A stretch of 64,000 bases of DNA from a bacterium (GTDB lineage Bacteria > 4484-113 > JAFGCY01), in assembly GCA_020849855.1 (NCBI GenBank), contig JADZFO010000038.1, forward strand, positions 108,010 to 172,009. The letters are read 5' to 3'. Of this stretch, positions 15,683 through 23,769 are shown piece after piece. The position numbers and the translations under genes are program-made. Within the stretch, counting starts at the first letter, position 1; every line of letters begins with the position of its first letter. The notes under the pieces are model-generated. The model made no database searches and was not told where the DNA came from. It worked only from the letters and a program-made list of their open reading frames with translations.

Positions 15683-15688
15683 ATAATC
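15683..15688 (+). promoter_or_regulatory. -10 hexamer TATAAT 8 nt upstream of the purN ATG (putative leaderless transcript)
   Basis: CCCTATAATCCCTGCGCCATGG; no SD possible in 8 nt. The pattern recurs at many genes in the window. Confidence 0.4.
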
Positions 15689-15696
15689 CCTGCGCC

Positions 15697-16413
15697 ATGG
15701 ACAGCGTCCACCCCAGCCTGCGCATCGCCGCCCTGATCAGCGGCAGCGGCTCCACCCTGCTGAACATCCTGCAGCGCATCGCGGACGGCCGCCTGCGCGG
15801 CGTGGAGGTTTGCGGCGTGGCGGCCAGCCGGGACTGCCCGGGCCTGGAGCATGCCCGCGCCTTTGGCATCCCCTGGGTGATTGTGCCGCGCACAGCGCCG
15901 CCGGCCGAGGCCCTGCAGCCGGCGGAGGCCAGCGCCTTCACGGCCGCTTTTGACGCCGCCGAGTTCTCAGAGCGCCTGAGCGCCGAGCTGGACCGCTGGC
16001 AGCCGCAGCTGGTGGTCTGCGCCGGCTTCCTGAGCCTTTACCTGCCTGCGCCGCAGTACCGCCACAAAGTGCTGAACGTGCACCCCGCGCTGTTGCCGGC
16101 CTTCGGCGGGCCGGGGATGTATGGGCAGCGTGTCCACGAAGCCGTGCTGGCGAGCGGGGCAAAGGTCAGCGGCTGCACGGTGCACCTGACGGACGAGCAC
16201 TATGACTCCGGGCCGATCATCGCCCAGCGCACTGTGGCCGTCCTGCCGGATGACACGCCGGAGACGCTGTCAGCGCGGGTGCAGGCAGCGGAGAGGGAGC
16301 TGTACCCCCTGGTGCTGCAGGGCTTTGCCGACGGGCGCATCCGCATCAGTGCGGAGGGCGCGGTGGAGCTGGACCCGCGGGTGCTGACGCAGGAGCCGGG
16401 TGGCGCGGGCTGA
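15697..16413 (+). CDS. purN: phosphoribosylglycinamide formyltransferase
   Basis: 238 aa; N-terminal AALISGSGSTL (GSGSNL-type), HPALLPAFGG (NIHPSLLP-type catalytic His region), and a C-terminal D...L fold typical of PurN. Confidence 0.8.
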   Translation: MDSVHPSLRIAALISGSGSTLLNILQRIADGRLRGVEVCGVAASRDCPGLEHARAFGIPWVIVPRTAPPAEALQPAEASAFTAAFDAAEFSERLSAELDRWQPQLVVCAGFLSLYLPAPQYRHKVLNVHPALLPAFGGPGMYGQRVHEAVLASGAKVSGCTVHLTDEHYDSGPIIAQRTVAVLPDDTPETLSARVQAAERELYPLVLQGFADGRIRISAEGAVELDPRVLTQEPGGAG

Positions 16414-16417
16414 GGCC

Positions 16418-16837
16418 CTAGGCGCCGAGCAGGTGGTGCCGGGCGCTGTAGGCCCCGACGACAGCCAAGAAGGCGCCGCCGATGGCGGTGGCGGCGAGGG
16501 ACATCGCGCTGGCGCTGAGCGCCAGATCGCCCACCGTCAGGGAAAGGGTGGTATCAGCGAGCTCAAAGTTCCAGGCGGCCAGCAGGCCGTCCACGCCGGG
16601 CAGGGCCATGGCGCAGAGGCCCAGCGCGCCGATGCCAAGGGCCAGCTTCTCGCCGGTGCCAAGACGCCGCAGGGTATCCCAGAGCCCGGAGATGCCGCGG
16701 GGCTTGGCCAGCAGGACAGGGGCCGGCAGGCGGCTGATTGAATCCATCACCGAGCGCTTGAAGCCGGGGGACAGCTCATGCGGCTTCCCGGCCCGCAGCA
16801 GGCGCTCCAGCTTTTCCATTTTCCTTTCGTCACTCAT
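16418..16837 (-). CDS. putative anti-sigma factor / small membrane protein cotranscribed with the ECF sigma factor
   Basis: 139 aa immediately downstream of the ECF sigma gene on the same strand, with a C-terminal hydrophobic region. Position-based inference only. Confidence 0.35.
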   Translation of the reverse strand: MSDERKMEKLERLLRAGKPHELSPGFKRSVMDSISRLPAPVLLAKPRGISGLWDTLRRLGTGEKLALGIGALGLCAMALPGVDGLLAAWNFELADTTLSLTVGDLALSASAMSLAATAIGGAFLAVVGAYSARHHLLGA

Positions 16838-16917
16838 CTCGTCGTGTCCCTACAGCAATAGTACCCGTGTGTAACCCTTCCTGCAGTCCCGGCCTGCGGG
16901 CGGACATCCGTCCGCCC

Positions 16918-17523
16918 CTACTCATCCAGCAGGGCCGGGTCCAGGATCTCGGCCAGGCGCAGCTTGCCCCGGCGGATATGGGTCCGCACGGTGTTCAGGT
17001 TGAGCTGCATGGCCTCGGCAATCTCTTCATAGCTCAGTTCTTCAAAGTAATACAGGCACAGCGCCACCCGCTGCAGCTCCGGCAGGCGCTTCAGCGCGCG
17101 GCCCAGATCGGTGTTCTGGGCGTGGCCGGCGCTGGCCGACTGGCGCAGGTCCTGGGGCTGGACGCCCACTTCGGCCTGCTCCTCAATGCTCGCGCTGCCC
17201 GGGCGGCTGGCCTTGCGCTTGAGGTGCTGGCGGGCCACATTTATGGCAATGCGGTAGATCCAGCTAGAAAGCTTGGCCTCTCCGCGGAAGCCGCCAAGGC
17301 CCTTATAAGCATTGACAAAGGTCAGCTGGGCCAGGTCCTCGACATCGCTTGCTTCAACGCCCTGGGCGGAGATCACGCCGGCGACCAGGCTGGAGTAGCT
17401 GTCCACAATGCGGGCGAACAAATGGCTCTCGCCGGCGGCAATCCGCCGGCACAAGGCAAGCTCGTCTGTGCCCGTCTCCACTTTTGGCGCCATCCCCAGC
17501 CAGGTGTTGATCCGTGTGAGCAT
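16918..17523 (-). CDS. ECF-type RNA polymerase sigma factor (sigma-70 regions 2 and 4)
   Basis: 201 aa; LAQLTFVNAYKGLGGFRGEAKLSSWIYRIAINVARQHL (region 2) and LPELQRVALCLYYFEELSYEEIAEAMQLNLNTVRTHIRRGKLRL (region 4 HTH). Confidence 0.85.
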   Translation of the reverse strand: MLTRINTWLGMAPKVETGTDELALCRRIAAGESHLFARIVDSYSSLVAGVISAQGVEASDVEDLAQLTFVNAYKGLGGFRGEAKLSSWIYRIAINVARQHLKRKASRPGSASIEEQAEVGVQPQDLRQSASAGHAQNTDLGRALKRLPELQRVALCLYYFEELSYEEIAEAMQLNLNTVRTHIRRGKLRLAEILDPALLDE

Positions 17524-17639
17524 TGTCGCACTTTAAGAGCATTGCCGGCGCGCCTGAGTTTCAGCGCCCGGGGAAAACTTCAGGCGGCGCGGAATCCATC
17601 GTTACAATGTTGGCAGGCTGATGCATCACGGGGGATAGC

Positions 17640-18152
17640 GTGGCTACTGAGAGGGAACTGCAGGCGCTGGACTGGGCCGAAGACCTTGCCCGCGAGCTGG
17701 CGCCCGAAGAGCTGGACCTGGCCGGGCCGCTGCTGCAGGCCTATCTTGATGGCAGCGACCAGCTGCGCCCGGCCAGCCCGCACGGGAGCTTTGGCGCGGG
17801 GCAGATTGTGGCCCTGCTGCCCTTCGTCTTCAAGGGCCTGGGGGCCAGCGGCCCGCTGCTGGCCGAGCTGCTGGGCAGCGGCATGCTGCTGAAGGTGCTG
17901 GAGACCTGCGGCGCGGCCCTGACCGTGGTTGAGCTGGGGCGTCAGGCCCAGAAGCTGATGGGCGGGCACAGCACGGAGAACCGCCAGCTGCAGTCGCTGG
18001 TGCGGGTGGCCGAGGAGCTGCCAAAAGAGCTGGCTGCCAGCGGCATTTCCGCCGAGGAGGCCGAGCGCGCCAGCCTGAAGGTGCTGCGCCTCCTGCTGCG
18101 CGACCCCGCCGGGGCGAGCGAGTTTCTGCAGCTGCTGGAGCGCAGGAAGTAA
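17640..18152 (+). CDS. hypothetical protein
   Basis: 170-aa GTG-initiated ORF with extended -10-like TTACAAT upstream. No recognisable motif. Stop overlaps the start of the next gene (TAATG). Confidence 0.4.
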   Translation: MATERELQALDWAEDLARELAPEELDLAGPLLQAYLDGSDQLRPASPHGSFGAGQIVALLPFVFKGLGASGPLLAELLGSGMLLKVLETCGAALTVVELGRQAQKLMGGHSTENRQLQSLVRVAEELPKELAASGISAEEAERASLKVLRLLLRDPAGASEFLQLLERRK

Positions 18153-19840
18153 TGGACAGCCTGGCGGCCAGCCGCAGCGCGGGCAGCAAGGCTGCCGCAC
18201 CGGACTGGAAAGCCTATGCCATGGCGCCCTCGCTGCTGGCTAAAAAGATGTCCGCGGGCTGGACGCAGCTGCGCCTTGAGAACGCCGGCGCCGTGCCCTG
18301 GGTCTGGCTGATGACCTTCGGCCTGGGCCTCAACCCGCTGGCCGCGCTGGTCTCGCTGGTCCGCTTTGTTTATGACTACCTGCTGGGGATTGCGCCGCTG
18401 AATGCCTCCGGCGCGGTAATGCAGCCCTTCATGCTGCTGGCCCTGCACCTGCCGCTGATGGCGCTGTCAGGGGGGATCCCGCTGCTGGCCATCGGCTATG
18501 GCTCGCTGATGGTCTTCTTCCCCTCCGTGCGCCGGCGGCGGCTGGAGAATAGCTATGAGCTGAGGCCCTGGGAGCCGCTGGGGCCGGTGCAGATCGCCAT
18601 CTATGCCTTCGCCCGGCGCCTGATGCCGGATGTGGTCTTCACGGCCAACCTGAAGCACAGCCATCTGCTGGCCTTCGTCTATCCCGGCAGCGCCACCGAG
18701 GCCCGCCTGGCCGTCTTCGGCGGCCTGCTGCTGCTCTGGCAGCGCGACCGCGAGGCGGCGCAGTCCGTGATCGCCCATGAGCTGGCGCACTTCAGGCGCG
18801 GCGAGGCCCTGCACCTGGGGGCGGGCTCCGGCCTGGAGACCGCGCTGAAGGCCGGCATCTTCTCAATGGCCGGCGCGCTGGTCTTCTGGCTGCTGCTGGG
18901 CCTGCTGAACTGGAAGCTCACCGGCATCCTGCTCAGCTCGGCCCTGGGCGCCTTTGGGATCTATGCGGTGCTGCTGGCGGCCTTCTGGTGCAGCGAGTTT
19001 CAGGCCGACCGCCTGGCGGCCGAGGAGCTGGGCTCCAGCGATGGCCTGCTGCGGGCGCTGGAGCAGCAGCAGGAGCGCGGCAGCAGCTTAAGCCGCCTGC
19101 TGGCGCGCCTGACCCACCCGCCCCTGAGCTGGCGGCGCGCGATGCTGCAGCGGGGGGCCAGCCACGCGCTGCTGCTGAGCAACCTGATCTTCCTCGGCGG
19201 CCTGAGCCTGCGCAGCCTGCTGCTGGCCTTCAGCCTCGCCGGCGGCTATTTCTTCCTGGGGCGCGAGACAGCGCAGAGCATCGGAGCGGCGATGCCCTAT
19301 GGCAACGTGATCCGCGATATCGCCTTCTCCGGCACAGGCTTCATGGTGGCCGGGATGGGCTTCTTCATCTGGCCCCTGCTGCACTATCGCTGGGCCACCC
19401 TGTGGAGCCGCCAGCCGGTGCAGACCCGCCGCGCGCCTCTGTGGCCCTGGGGCCTCTCGATCCTGATCAGCACCGTCCTTGGCATTTTCAGCATGCTGCT
19501 GACGGCCTTCTGCTACTTCGAGCTGCTGGGCGCGCCCAGCGAGGACCCGGCGGTGAAAGCGCAGCGCGAGCGTGAGCGCGAGGAGCTGCTGCGCGGCATC
19601 ACCGAGCAGAATAACCGGATGCTGGAGTACTGGAACAGCGAGCCCGGCCAGGGCATTCTGAACTTTGACCCAGAGAGCCTGCAGGCGCCGGCCGGAACTG
19701 AGGGCGAGGCCGCCCCACAGGACTGGAACTTTAGCGATGGGCAAAGCGGCGGCGCCGACAGCACGGATCAAAGCGTCTGGGACAGCTTTGAGAACCTGGA
19801 GCCACAGAGCCAGAGCGGCGACTCATCCGGCGGCTACTGA
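18152..19840 (+). CDS. polytopic membrane protein with HExxH zinc-metallopeptidase motif (M48/M56-like)
   Basis: 562 aa; VIAHELAHFRRGEALHLG (HExxH) embedded between hydrophobic segments. Acidic Gln/Glu/Ser-rich C-terminal tail. Confidence 0.5.
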   Translation: MDSLAASRSAGSKAAAPDWKAYAMAPSLLAKKMSAGWTQLRLENAGAVPWVWLMTFGLGLNPLAALVSLVRFVYDYLLGIAPLNASGAVMQPFMLLALHLPLMALSGGIPLLAIGYGSLMVFFPSVRRRRLENSYELRPWEPLGPVQIAIYAFARRLMPDVVFTANLKHSHLLAFVYPGSATEARLAVFGGLLLLWQRDREAAQSVIAHELAHFRRGEALHLGAGSGLETALKAGIFSMAGALVFWLLLGLLNWKLTGILLSSALGAFGIYAVLLAAFWCSEFQADRLAAEELGSSDGLLRALEQQQERGSSLSRLLARLTHPPLSWRRAMLQRGASHALLLSNLIFLGGLSLRSLLLAFSLAGGYFFLGRETAQSIGAAMPYGNVIRDIAFSGTGFMVAGMGFFIWPLLHYRWATLWSRQPVQTRRAPLWPWGLSILISTVLGIFSMLLTAFCYFELLGAPSEDPAVKAQREREREELLRGITEQNNRMLEYWNSEPGQGILNFDPESLQAPAGTEGEAAPQDWNFSDGQSGGADSTDQSVWDSFENLEPQSQSGDSSGGY

Positions 19841-19855
19841 CGCAGCAGGAAGCGG

Positions 19856-20425
19856 CTACTTCTCCAGCAGCCACTCCGCCAGGGCGCTGAGCTCGTTGTC
19901 CGGGAAGCGCTGCGGCGGCATGGGCACGCTGTACTTACCCTTGTTGGCGCTCAGGCGCGGGTCGTTGGCGGCATAGCCGGCGGGGTCCTTGAAGTAGGCC
20001 ACCAACTTGGGCACGTCCCAGTTGGCCTTCAGGTCGCGCAGGGGCGGCCCCAGGGGCGTGCCGTTCTGGTCCTGGCCGTGGCACATGCCGCAGTTGCCGC
20101 TCTTGTAAAGCTCTTCCGCGGTCAGCATGGTGCGCGGCGCTTCCATTTCGTCCTTGGTGCTGTCGGGGCCGGCCTGCGGCACCTTGTCGCCGGAGGCGTC
20201 CGCAGCTTCCTGCTGCTCCATCGGCGTGTCAGGCGTTTCACCCGCAGCGGCAGGGCTGTCGGTAGCGGCGGCTCCACTGGCAGCAGTGCTGTCAGCGCTG
20301 CCCGCAGCGCCGGCCGGCGTCTGGCCCTCATCCTGCGCCTGCTGCTTGGGGCAGGCTGTGCAAAGCAGGGCGATAAACAGCAGGCCCAGGAAGGCCAGGC
20401 GGCGCTGATCTGAAGAACTGAACAT
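19856..20425 (-). CDS. c-type cytochrome (single CxxCH), lipoprotein
   Basis: Heme motif CGMCHG. Lipobox LLCTAC. Start trimmed from 20503 to ATG 20425 (MFSSSDQRRLAFLGLLFIALLCTAC) because TTATAAT lies 8 nt upstream on the coding strand. Confidence 0.7.
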   Translation of the reverse strand: MFSSSDQRRLAFLGLLFIALLCTACPKQQAQDEGQTPAGAAGSADSTAASGAAATDSPAAAGETPDTPMEQQEAADASGDKVPQAGPDSTKDEMEAPRTMLTAEELYKSGNCGMCHGQDQNGTPLGPPLRDLKANWDVPKLVAYFKDPAGYAANDPRLSANKGKYSVPMPPQRFPDNELSALAEWLLEK

Positions 20426-20509
20426 GGCTGGGATTATAACCATCGCCAGCAGGACGCGCCGGGGCCGTCCGCTCTTCAGCAGTCTCAGCTCTGGCGGCGG
20501 CATGCGGGC

Positions 20510-21715
20510 CTAGAGATCAGCGGGCAGATCTGCGGCCAGGCGCAGGGCCGCTGCGGGATACCAGGCGCCAAAGCGGCCCTTGCGGATCTTCCTGCGGGCC
20601 TGGCGCATCAGGTCGTAATAGAACTGCAGGTTGTGCAGCGTAGCGAAACGGGCGTAGCTGTGCTCCTGCAGCTTGAGCAGGTGCCGCAGGTAGGCCCGGC
20701 TGTGCCCGGCGCAGGTGGGACAGGCGCAGCGCGGATCGACGGGGCGGGCATCGTCCCTGAAGCGCGCGTTGTTCATCCGCAGCAGGCCCTGGCGGGTGTA
20801 GAGCACTCCATGGCGGGCCATGCGCGTGGGCTGCACGCAGTCGAACATGTCAAAGCCGGCGGCGATCGCATGCAGCAGGTCTGCCGGGTTGCCCACGCCC
20901 ATCAGATAACGCACTTTGTCCGCGGGCAACAGAGGGCCGCAGAAGGCCGTCAGGCGCAGGAAGTCCTCGCGCGGCTCGCCGACGGCCAGACCGCCCACAG
21001 CCAGGGCATCGAAACCCTGAGCGGCGACAAACTGGGCGCTCTCGCGCCGCAGGTCCTCTTCCAGGCCGCCCTGCACGATGCCGAACAGCGCGGGAGGATG
21101 GACGCGGGATGAGGCATGGGCTGCCTTCCTGCCGCGTTCACCCTTGCGCGCCGCCGCTTGCTGCCGCGCCAGCAGCTCCGGCCAGAGCTGGGCCTGTTCC
21201 CGGGCCCAGGAATGGGTCAGGGCCATGTCCTTCGCGGTGCGCTCGCGGGTGGCCGGCAGGCCGGTGCAGATGTCCAGGGGCATGGCGAAGTCGACGCCGA
21301 AGCAGAGCTGGGCCCGCAGCACGAATTCCGGGCTGAAGTGCCAGCGCTGGCCGCCGATATGGTCGCTGAAGCGCACCCCGTCCGGGCGGATGCTGCGCCG
21401 CGCGGCGAGGCTGTAGACCTGGTAGCCGCCTGAGTCGGTCAGCACAGAGCCGGCCCAGCCGGAAAAGGGCTTGATCCCGCCGAAGCCGGCGATGCTCTCC
21501 AGGCCGGGGCGGACCACCAGGTGGTAGGTGTTCATAAGCACATGGCGGTAGCCGATGCGCCGCAGGTCCTGCCAGTCCAGGGTTTTGAGGCTGGCGGCGG
21601 TGGCCACGGGCTGGAAGAGCGGAGTGGGCAGGCGCCGGCCGTCCATGCTGCGCAGCCAGCCGCTCCGGGCCTGGGTGGCCGGGTCGCGCGCCTGCAGTTT
21701 CCATACGCCGGGCAA
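20510..21715 (-). CDS. tgt: queuine tRNA-ribosyltransferase (tRNA-guanine transglycosylase)
   Basis: 401 aa; DSGGYQ, LFGIVQGG, YLMGVGNPADL, FDCVQPTRMARHG and the zinc site CACPTCAGH (CxCxxC...H) are all present. Confidence 0.9.
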   Translation of the reverse strand: MPGVWKLQARDPATQARSGWLRSMDGRRLPTPLFQPVATAASLKTLDWQDLRRIGYRHVLMNTYHLVVRPGLESIAGFGGIKPFSGWAGSVLTDSGGYQVYSLAARRSIRPDGVRFSDHIGGQRWHFSPEFVLRAQLCFGVDFAMPLDICTGLPATRERTAKDMALTHSWAREQAQLWPELLARQQAAARKGERGRKAAHASSRVHPPALFGIVQGGLEEDLRRESAQFVAAQGFDALAVGGLAVGEPREDFLRLTAFCGPLLPADKVRYLMGVGNPADLLHAIAAGFDMFDCVQPTRMARHGVLYTRQGLLRMNNARFRDDARPVDPRCACPTCAGHSRAYLRHLLKLQEHSYARFATLHNLQFYYDLMRQARRKIRKGRFGAWYPAAALRLAADLPADL

Positions 21716-21930
21716 GGGGCGCTATTCTAAGCTTTGCGCCGCAGACAGTGCGGGGAACTGAGCAGCCCGAAGGCTGGTCAGTTCAAGACCGGTGAAATCG
21801 CCGCCAGAGCAAAACCTTTTGCCCGGCTTTTTCGTCTGAACAGTGGGTATCAGTTATTGCCGGGCTGATGCGGCGAAGCAGTAGCCACACTGGTGTGGTA
21901 GTAAGACTGTCTCGCCGAGGGGGTTAACAG

Positions 21931-22446
21931 ATGCTCGACAAACAGAAACTGGCACAGGCGCTGGAGACCCTGCGCTCCGGAATTTTCGTGGTGACGAGCC
22001 AGGATGCCGGCAAGGCCGCCGGCTGTACGGCGGTCTGGGTCACGCGGGCTTCATTCAATCCGCCGCTGCTGTGCGTGACACTTTCGCCCACGCGGCACAC
22101 TTTCTCAGTGCTGCAGGCAGCGGGGAAGTTCTGCATCAATGTGCTGGGCGAAAGCAGCCTTGATGTGGCCCGCCGCTTCGGCTTCAACACGGGGCCGGAG
22201 AGCGGCAAATTTGACCAGGTGCCGAGCCACCTGGGCGAGAACGGCATGCCGATCCTTGACAACGCCGTGGCCTGGTTTGAATGCCGGGTCAGCCAGGTTC
22301 TGGAGGTTGGCGACCACCGCCTGGTGATCGGCGAGGTGCTGGCCTCAGCGCTGCAGAGCAATGAGGCGCCGGCGGTGTATGTGGCGGAGTCCTTCTACAG
22401 CGAAAGCCAGAATCAGGTCCGGGCCGGCGGCGGTTCCGGGGACTAG
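21931..22446 (+). CDS. flavin reductase-like (FMN-binding split-barrel) domain protein
   Basis: 171 aa; pattern FVVTS..G...G.T..W......PPLL.V.L......F.V.Q....F.INVL.......A..F typical of the HpaC/flavin reductase family. SD GAGGGGG upstream. Confidence 0.7.
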   Translation: MLDKQKLAQALETLRSGIFVVTSQDAGKAAGCTAVWVTRASFNPPLLCVTLSPTRHTFSVLQAAGKFCINVLGESSLDVARRFGFNTGPESGKFDQVPSHLGENGMPILDNAVAWFECRVSQVLEVGDHRLVIGEVLASALQSNEAPAVYVAESFYSESQNQVRAGGGSGD

Positions 22447-22552
22447 GCTGCAGGCCGTCAGGCCGCAAAAAGGGGAATAATGAAAGGCCGGGGCATGCCC
22501 CGGCCTTGTGCTTAAGCTGTCTGCTTGCCGGCCTGTGCTGCCGGCGGGCGCC

Positions 22553-23596
22553 TTACTTGTCGCCTTCCTTGCCCTTGCCGCCCTCAGACTTGTTCTCCGG
22601 GTCTGTGGCAGTGCTGCCCTCAGAACCGCTGAGCTTGCGCTTGGCTTCCTCGAACTCGGCCGCTTCGCGCTTGAGGTCTTCCTCGGTGCGCGGCTTGTTG
22701 CCTGAGCCGACCTTCTCATAGACCGTGTACTGGTAGTCCTGCATGCCCTTGACGTAGATCAGCTTCTTCTCGCTGGGGCGGTCCATGATCAGCAGCTCTT
22801 CAAAGACTGATCCGTCCGCCGTGCGCAGCTGCAGCTTTCCGGTGGCCTTGTCAAAGGTCCAGGGATAGTTGCCGTCGGAGACGATCTTGCCCTCGCGGAA
22901 CTCCTGGTAGCGGCAGATGCCGGAGTAGAAGATCTGCAGCAGCTTGTAGTACTGGTCGTTATGTTCGACGCGCACTTCGGCATCCGCATCCAGCACCTCT
23001 TTGGTGCTCTTCCACTCGCCCACCGGGTCCACGCAAAAGCGCAGGCTTTCCACGGCCATCGCCGCCGCCGGATCCACAGCCTGATTGTTCATCAGCTCGC
23101 CGGCGCCTTCGAAGTCCTTCATCACCGCCTTGGCGGCCTCTGGATCGCTCGCCTTGGCCTGGATCATGGCGATGAAGCGGGACTTGAAGGTGGTAATGGC
23201 CTTGGCGCGGATAGCGGGGTCATTCGCCCCGCCCTGGTTGATCGCCTCGCTGTAGACCAGGGGCACGATGTTGGCCACCGATACGCCGCCCTCGGGAAGG
23301 GGCGAGCCGGTGATGCTGTCCGTGTCCTTGGCATACTTGAAGCCGTCCTTCTCAAAGGCGACGATCAGCTCATCGCGGAGCTTCTTTTCGTCTTCGGGGT
23401 TCGGCAGGCCCGAGCCCACGGTCTCGTTGATCTCGATATTGCCCTGGCCGGCATCACCAGGCTTGATATCCGCCGGCTGGCGCAGCTCGGCGCTGGCGCC
23501 GTCGCGGTTCTCAGCCGCACGGTTGCCATTCTTGTTGCAGCCCAGCGCACAGATGAAGAGCATCAGTGCCAGTACCTGCAGGATAAACTTGAACAT
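22553..23596 (-). CDS. hypothetical lipoprotein
   Basis: 347 aa; signal peptide plus lipobox (LMLFICALGCNK). Lys/Glu-rich C-terminus. Confidence 0.5.
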   Translation of the reverse strand: MFKFILQVLALMLFICALGCNKNGNRAAENRDGASAELRQPADIKPGDAGQGNIEINETVGSGLPNPEDEKKLRDELIVAFEKDGFKYAKDTDSITGSPLPEGGVSVANIVPLVYSEAINQGGANDPAIRAKAITTFKSRFIAMIQAKASDPEAAKAVMKDFEGAGELMNNQAVDPAAAMAVESLRFCVDPVGEWKSTKEVLDADAEVRVEHNDQYYKLLQIFYSGICRYQEFREGKIVSDGNYPWTFDKATGKLQLRTADGSVFEELLIMDRPSEKKLIYVKGMQDYQYTVYEKVGSGNKPRTEEDLKREAAEFEEAKRKLSGSEGSTATDPENKSEGGKGKEGDK

Positions 23597-23651
23597 CCTC
23601 GTCTGCCTCCTAAGTCCCCGCCGCAGCGGGCTCAGCCAGTGCTGCTATGAC

Positions 23652-23684
23652 GCTAAAAGGACGCGCCTGCGCGCGTCCCGGTTC
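23652..23684 (-). terminator. rho-independent terminator downstream of metG
   Basis: GGGACGCGCGCAGGCGCGTCC hairpin followed by TTTTAGCG on the minus strand, just 3' of the metG stop. Confidence 0.55.
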
Positions 23685-23769
23685 ATGACCGATTAATAAT
23701 ACCCCTGGACCAGCCAGGAGATCGGCAAATCCGGCCCGGACTGAAGCTCCGCGGCCCCGCCGCCCGCGC

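Noticed and set aside
20504-20509. tgt and the cytochrome c gene as a fused or overlapping unit (ORF track ends 20503 / starts 20510)
   Set aside because: The cytochrome ORF's first 26 codons lack a signal peptide. A TATAAT + ATG (20425) start giving a proper lipoprotein signal is more plausible, leaving an ~85-bp gap with its own promoter.
21716-21930. Calling the tgt/flavin-reductase intergenic leader a definite cobalamin riboswitch
   Set aside because: Only fragmentary similarity to the B12-element core by eye, so it is kept as a low-confidence finding, not a feature.
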